From contig JAJTYI010000002.1 of assembly GCA_021463645.1 (NCBI GenBank), positions 12,080 through 76,079 of the forward strand: a stretch of DNA of 64,000 nucleotides, given 5' to 3'. Source of the stretch: a bacterium. Its GTDB lineage: Bacteria; Patescibacteriota; Dojkabacteria; B142; OLB20. A model generated the notes under the pieces. It did not search any database. It was given only the letters and a program-made list of their open reading frames with translations, and had not been told where the DNA came from. The translations under genes were made by a program, and so were the position numbers. The first letter of the stretch is position 1. Every line of letters begins with the position of its first letter. This document shows positions 62,402-64,000 of this stretch, in pieces.

Positions 62402-62638
62402 TCAATTTCCTTGCCTTGCGAATGCATTCAATTTATAGTGCGTTGACAATACCCTCGCCACATGACCAGCCATATCTGCAGGTGTGATGTATATAGTAAA
62501 TGGATTGGGATATTCTGTTCTTGAATCCACCTGAGCACTGACATGTGTAACATTATCAATTCCCCTAGCAGCTTTTACAACATGTTCGGGATCCTGATCA
62601 CTTCCATTTGGAATTGTTACTACTACTTCTCCTGGCAT
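62402..62638 (-). CDS. Hypothetical 78-aa protein
   Basis: ATG ORF preceded on its sense strand by TTGCAA..TGATATAAT; no recognised motif. Confidence 0.4.
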   Translation of the reverse strand: MPGEVVVTIPNGSDQDPEHVVKAARGIDNVTHVSAQVDSRTEYPNPFTIYITPADMAGHVARVLSTHYKLNAFARQGN

Positions 62639-62715
62639 TTTATTATGTGTGAAAATTAATAAGCGATTATATCACTTTCATTAAATATTTTTGCAATAAC
62701 TTCCAACAACTCTTA

Positions 62716-62772
62716 CTGAATTTTGAATTCTTAATCTCTTAATTTCTTCATTTCTAAATCTCTACATCTCCC
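62716..62772 (-). repeat. Purine-rich post-stop motif, copy F (best-preserved)
   Basis: The sense strand reads GGGAGATGTAGAGATTTAGAAATGAAGAAATTAAGAGATTAAGAATTCAAAATTCAG, starting immediately after the TAA at 62773. Confidence 0.7.
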
Positions 62773-63915
62773 TTACACACTCATCGTCCTCCTTATCGAA
62801 GTTAACCTCATTGGTTCATTGTTTGAATCCTTAATCTCACTTGGTATATAGATCTCTGGTTCTCCATTATGTCTACGTTTTAGTTGTCCATCATTTCCGA
62901 ATAAACATACCGGTAATCTATAATCCAACGAATATCCTTGGGATTGGAGTCTTGCGGGTAATGAAGTAGGGAAAAAAACTTGTTTTCTACCTAAAAATCC
63001 TGTTACACCAGGTACTTGTTCGCTTGACATATTAGCTGGATAGATTTCGTGATTCTCACCATCAAGTCGAACATTGAATAAGTTTCTTGCTGTATTTTGA
63101 AAAATCGTAAGCTGTTCAAAAAGTTCAAGATTACCTTTTGCTATACCACTAAGTTGTGCTATAAAACCGGCATATCTTTTATTAATCTTTTTGATTTCAG
63201 CCTTATTTAGAACTAATGCACTCTCTTTATCATTTATTCTTCTGATATCCTGAATTGCAGTATTAATATAATTTAATCTATAAACTACATAATCTACTAA
63301 TTGTGGAAGTCTTAACATCCCAACTAAATCATTGAGTTCATCGTCTCTCAAATCCGTGTGATGTACTCTACCCAACTCACCTCTTATTTGGTAATGTTGA
63401 TAATCATTTAAATCATACCTTTGAGTTTCAACTAACGCATTAAATGTTAGAAACGCCTTCATTCTTTCAACCCTCTTGATTATACTTGCTTCAATAATAT
63501 TATTTAATTGTTTCTCTGCCGAGGCTGATGCTGCTAACTCCTCTCTACGTAGAATTGCAGGTTTGGCTGATTCAACAAATTTCGCAGGATAAAGTGCTCT
63601 CAATGTAGAGGATAATATTACTTCAAAAGGAAGAGGAAACCCTCCAAGTTCCGAAGTCACTCTATCTTTGACATCCAATATTTCATCTTGATGTGAAACA
63701 CTTTCAGGCAAGATTAAGACATGAGCTCGTGCTCCACTTAATAGTTCTCCATATGTAACAGGTTTTGACAAATCTCCTGATGAATTTAATAAACGAAAAT
63801 CAGGAAGCGTTTTATCAATAAATAGCACTTCCACGGCATCTCTCATTGTTCGAATGTGAGGATGTTCAGGCCTTGGCCTCCTACCTCTTTTTTTTGTAAC
63901 TCCGTCTTCAGGCAT
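62773..63915 (-). CDS. Hypothetical 380-aa protein with a basic N-terminus
   Basis: Long ATG ORF (MPEDGVTKKRGRRPRPEHP..); no motif I can assign. Confidence 0.5.
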   Translation of the reverse strand: MPEDGVTKKRGRRPRPEHPHIRTMRDAVEVLFIDKTLPDFRLLNSSGDLSKPVTYGELLSGARAHVLILPESVSHQDEILDVKDRVTSELGGFPLPFEVILSSTLRALYPAKFVESAKPAILRREELAASASAEKQLNNIIEASIIKRVERMKAFLTFNALVETQRYDLNDYQHYQIRGELGRVHHTDLRDDELNDLVGMLRLPQLVDYVVYRLNYINTAIQDIRRINDKESALVLNKAEIKKINKRYAGFIAQLSGIAKGNLELFEQLTIFQNTARNLFNVRLDGENHEIYPANMSSEQVPGVTGFLGRKQVFFPTSLPARLQSQGYSLDYRLPVCLFGNDGQLKRRHNGEPEIYIPSEIKDSNNEPMRLTSIRRTMSV

Positions 63916-64000
63916 TGAATATTATTAACTACCTGGTGATTATACACTCTAAGGGACCTTTGCACCAAGAGATACGAGGATATTGATTTGATATTATGAA

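Noticed and set aside
43521-62772. Integron attC sites as an explanation for a conserved motif after each co-oriented gene
   Set aside because: The motif is purine-rich on one strand, so it cannot form the imperfect inverted repeats (R''-L''/L'-R') of attC. No intI integrase or attI is in the window.
43400-63915. Calling the accessory region a prophage, ICE or transposon
   Set aside because: No integrase, transposase, recombinase, or capsid, terminase or conjugation gene is present. No flanking direct repeats of a tRNA end bracket it. Only composition shifts and repeat motifs hint at horizontal origin.

Overview
Low-GC, gene-dense bacterial contig. The gene content looks like a streamlined Patescibacteria/CPR-type genome, but this is inference from content only. 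That content is partial glycolysis and pentose-phosphate genes, GapN, a GH57/GH15/debranching glycogen set, a sortase, many small membrane proteins and weak Shine-Dalgarno signals.

Layout:
- 1-21 kb: housekeeping genes. These are a Kef antiporter (5' end outside the window), M32 carboxypeptidase, transaldolase, pgi, Nudix, SOD, FMN reductase, TPR lipoprotein, M23 peptidase, lepA, gpmI, a SpoU methylase, pyk, a UbiA-family transferase, trhO, a DsbA-like protein with apparently permuted domain order, a CIRCE-controlled Hsp20 and a CYTH protein.
- 21.2-24.7 kb: tRNA-Gln(CUG) and tRNA-Gly(UCC). Each is followed by unusual copies of its own 3' end interrupted in the T-loop by hairpin-rich inserts. 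They bracket a small islet of unknown membrane proteins.
- 25-39 kb: thrS with a T-box-like leader, a glycogen synthesis/degradation cluster, a GapN-like dehydrogenase, sortase, glgP and ung.
- 39.5-43.3 kb: an ArsR / thioredoxin / Trx-membrane fusion / YibE/F / DedA operon.
- 43.4-63.9 kb: an accessory island almost entirely on the minus strand.

The centrepiece of the island is a roughly 13 kb, seven-gene, tightly spaced putative operon (46171-59150). It has a BrxC-like DUF499 ATPase, a small DUF3780-like protein, a DUF1156 Zn-ribbon DPPY methyltransferase and a PLD-SNF2 helicase. These are followed by a TPR protein with about two dozen 5-residue G[FY][DN]xx repeats, a DUF697-NERD-SF1 helicase fusion and an orphan receiver domain. 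Upstream lie a GmrSD-like DUF262/DUF1524 enzyme, a Cas4-like nuclease and several unknown proteins.

Two families of dispersed intergenic repeats decorate the island and a few other loci: a strand-specific purine-rich motif just after stop codons, and GAGAGAT-CCC hairpin modules.

I found no rRNA, CRISPR array, integrase or transposase. All functional calls rest on motifs read by eye, and no database search was run.
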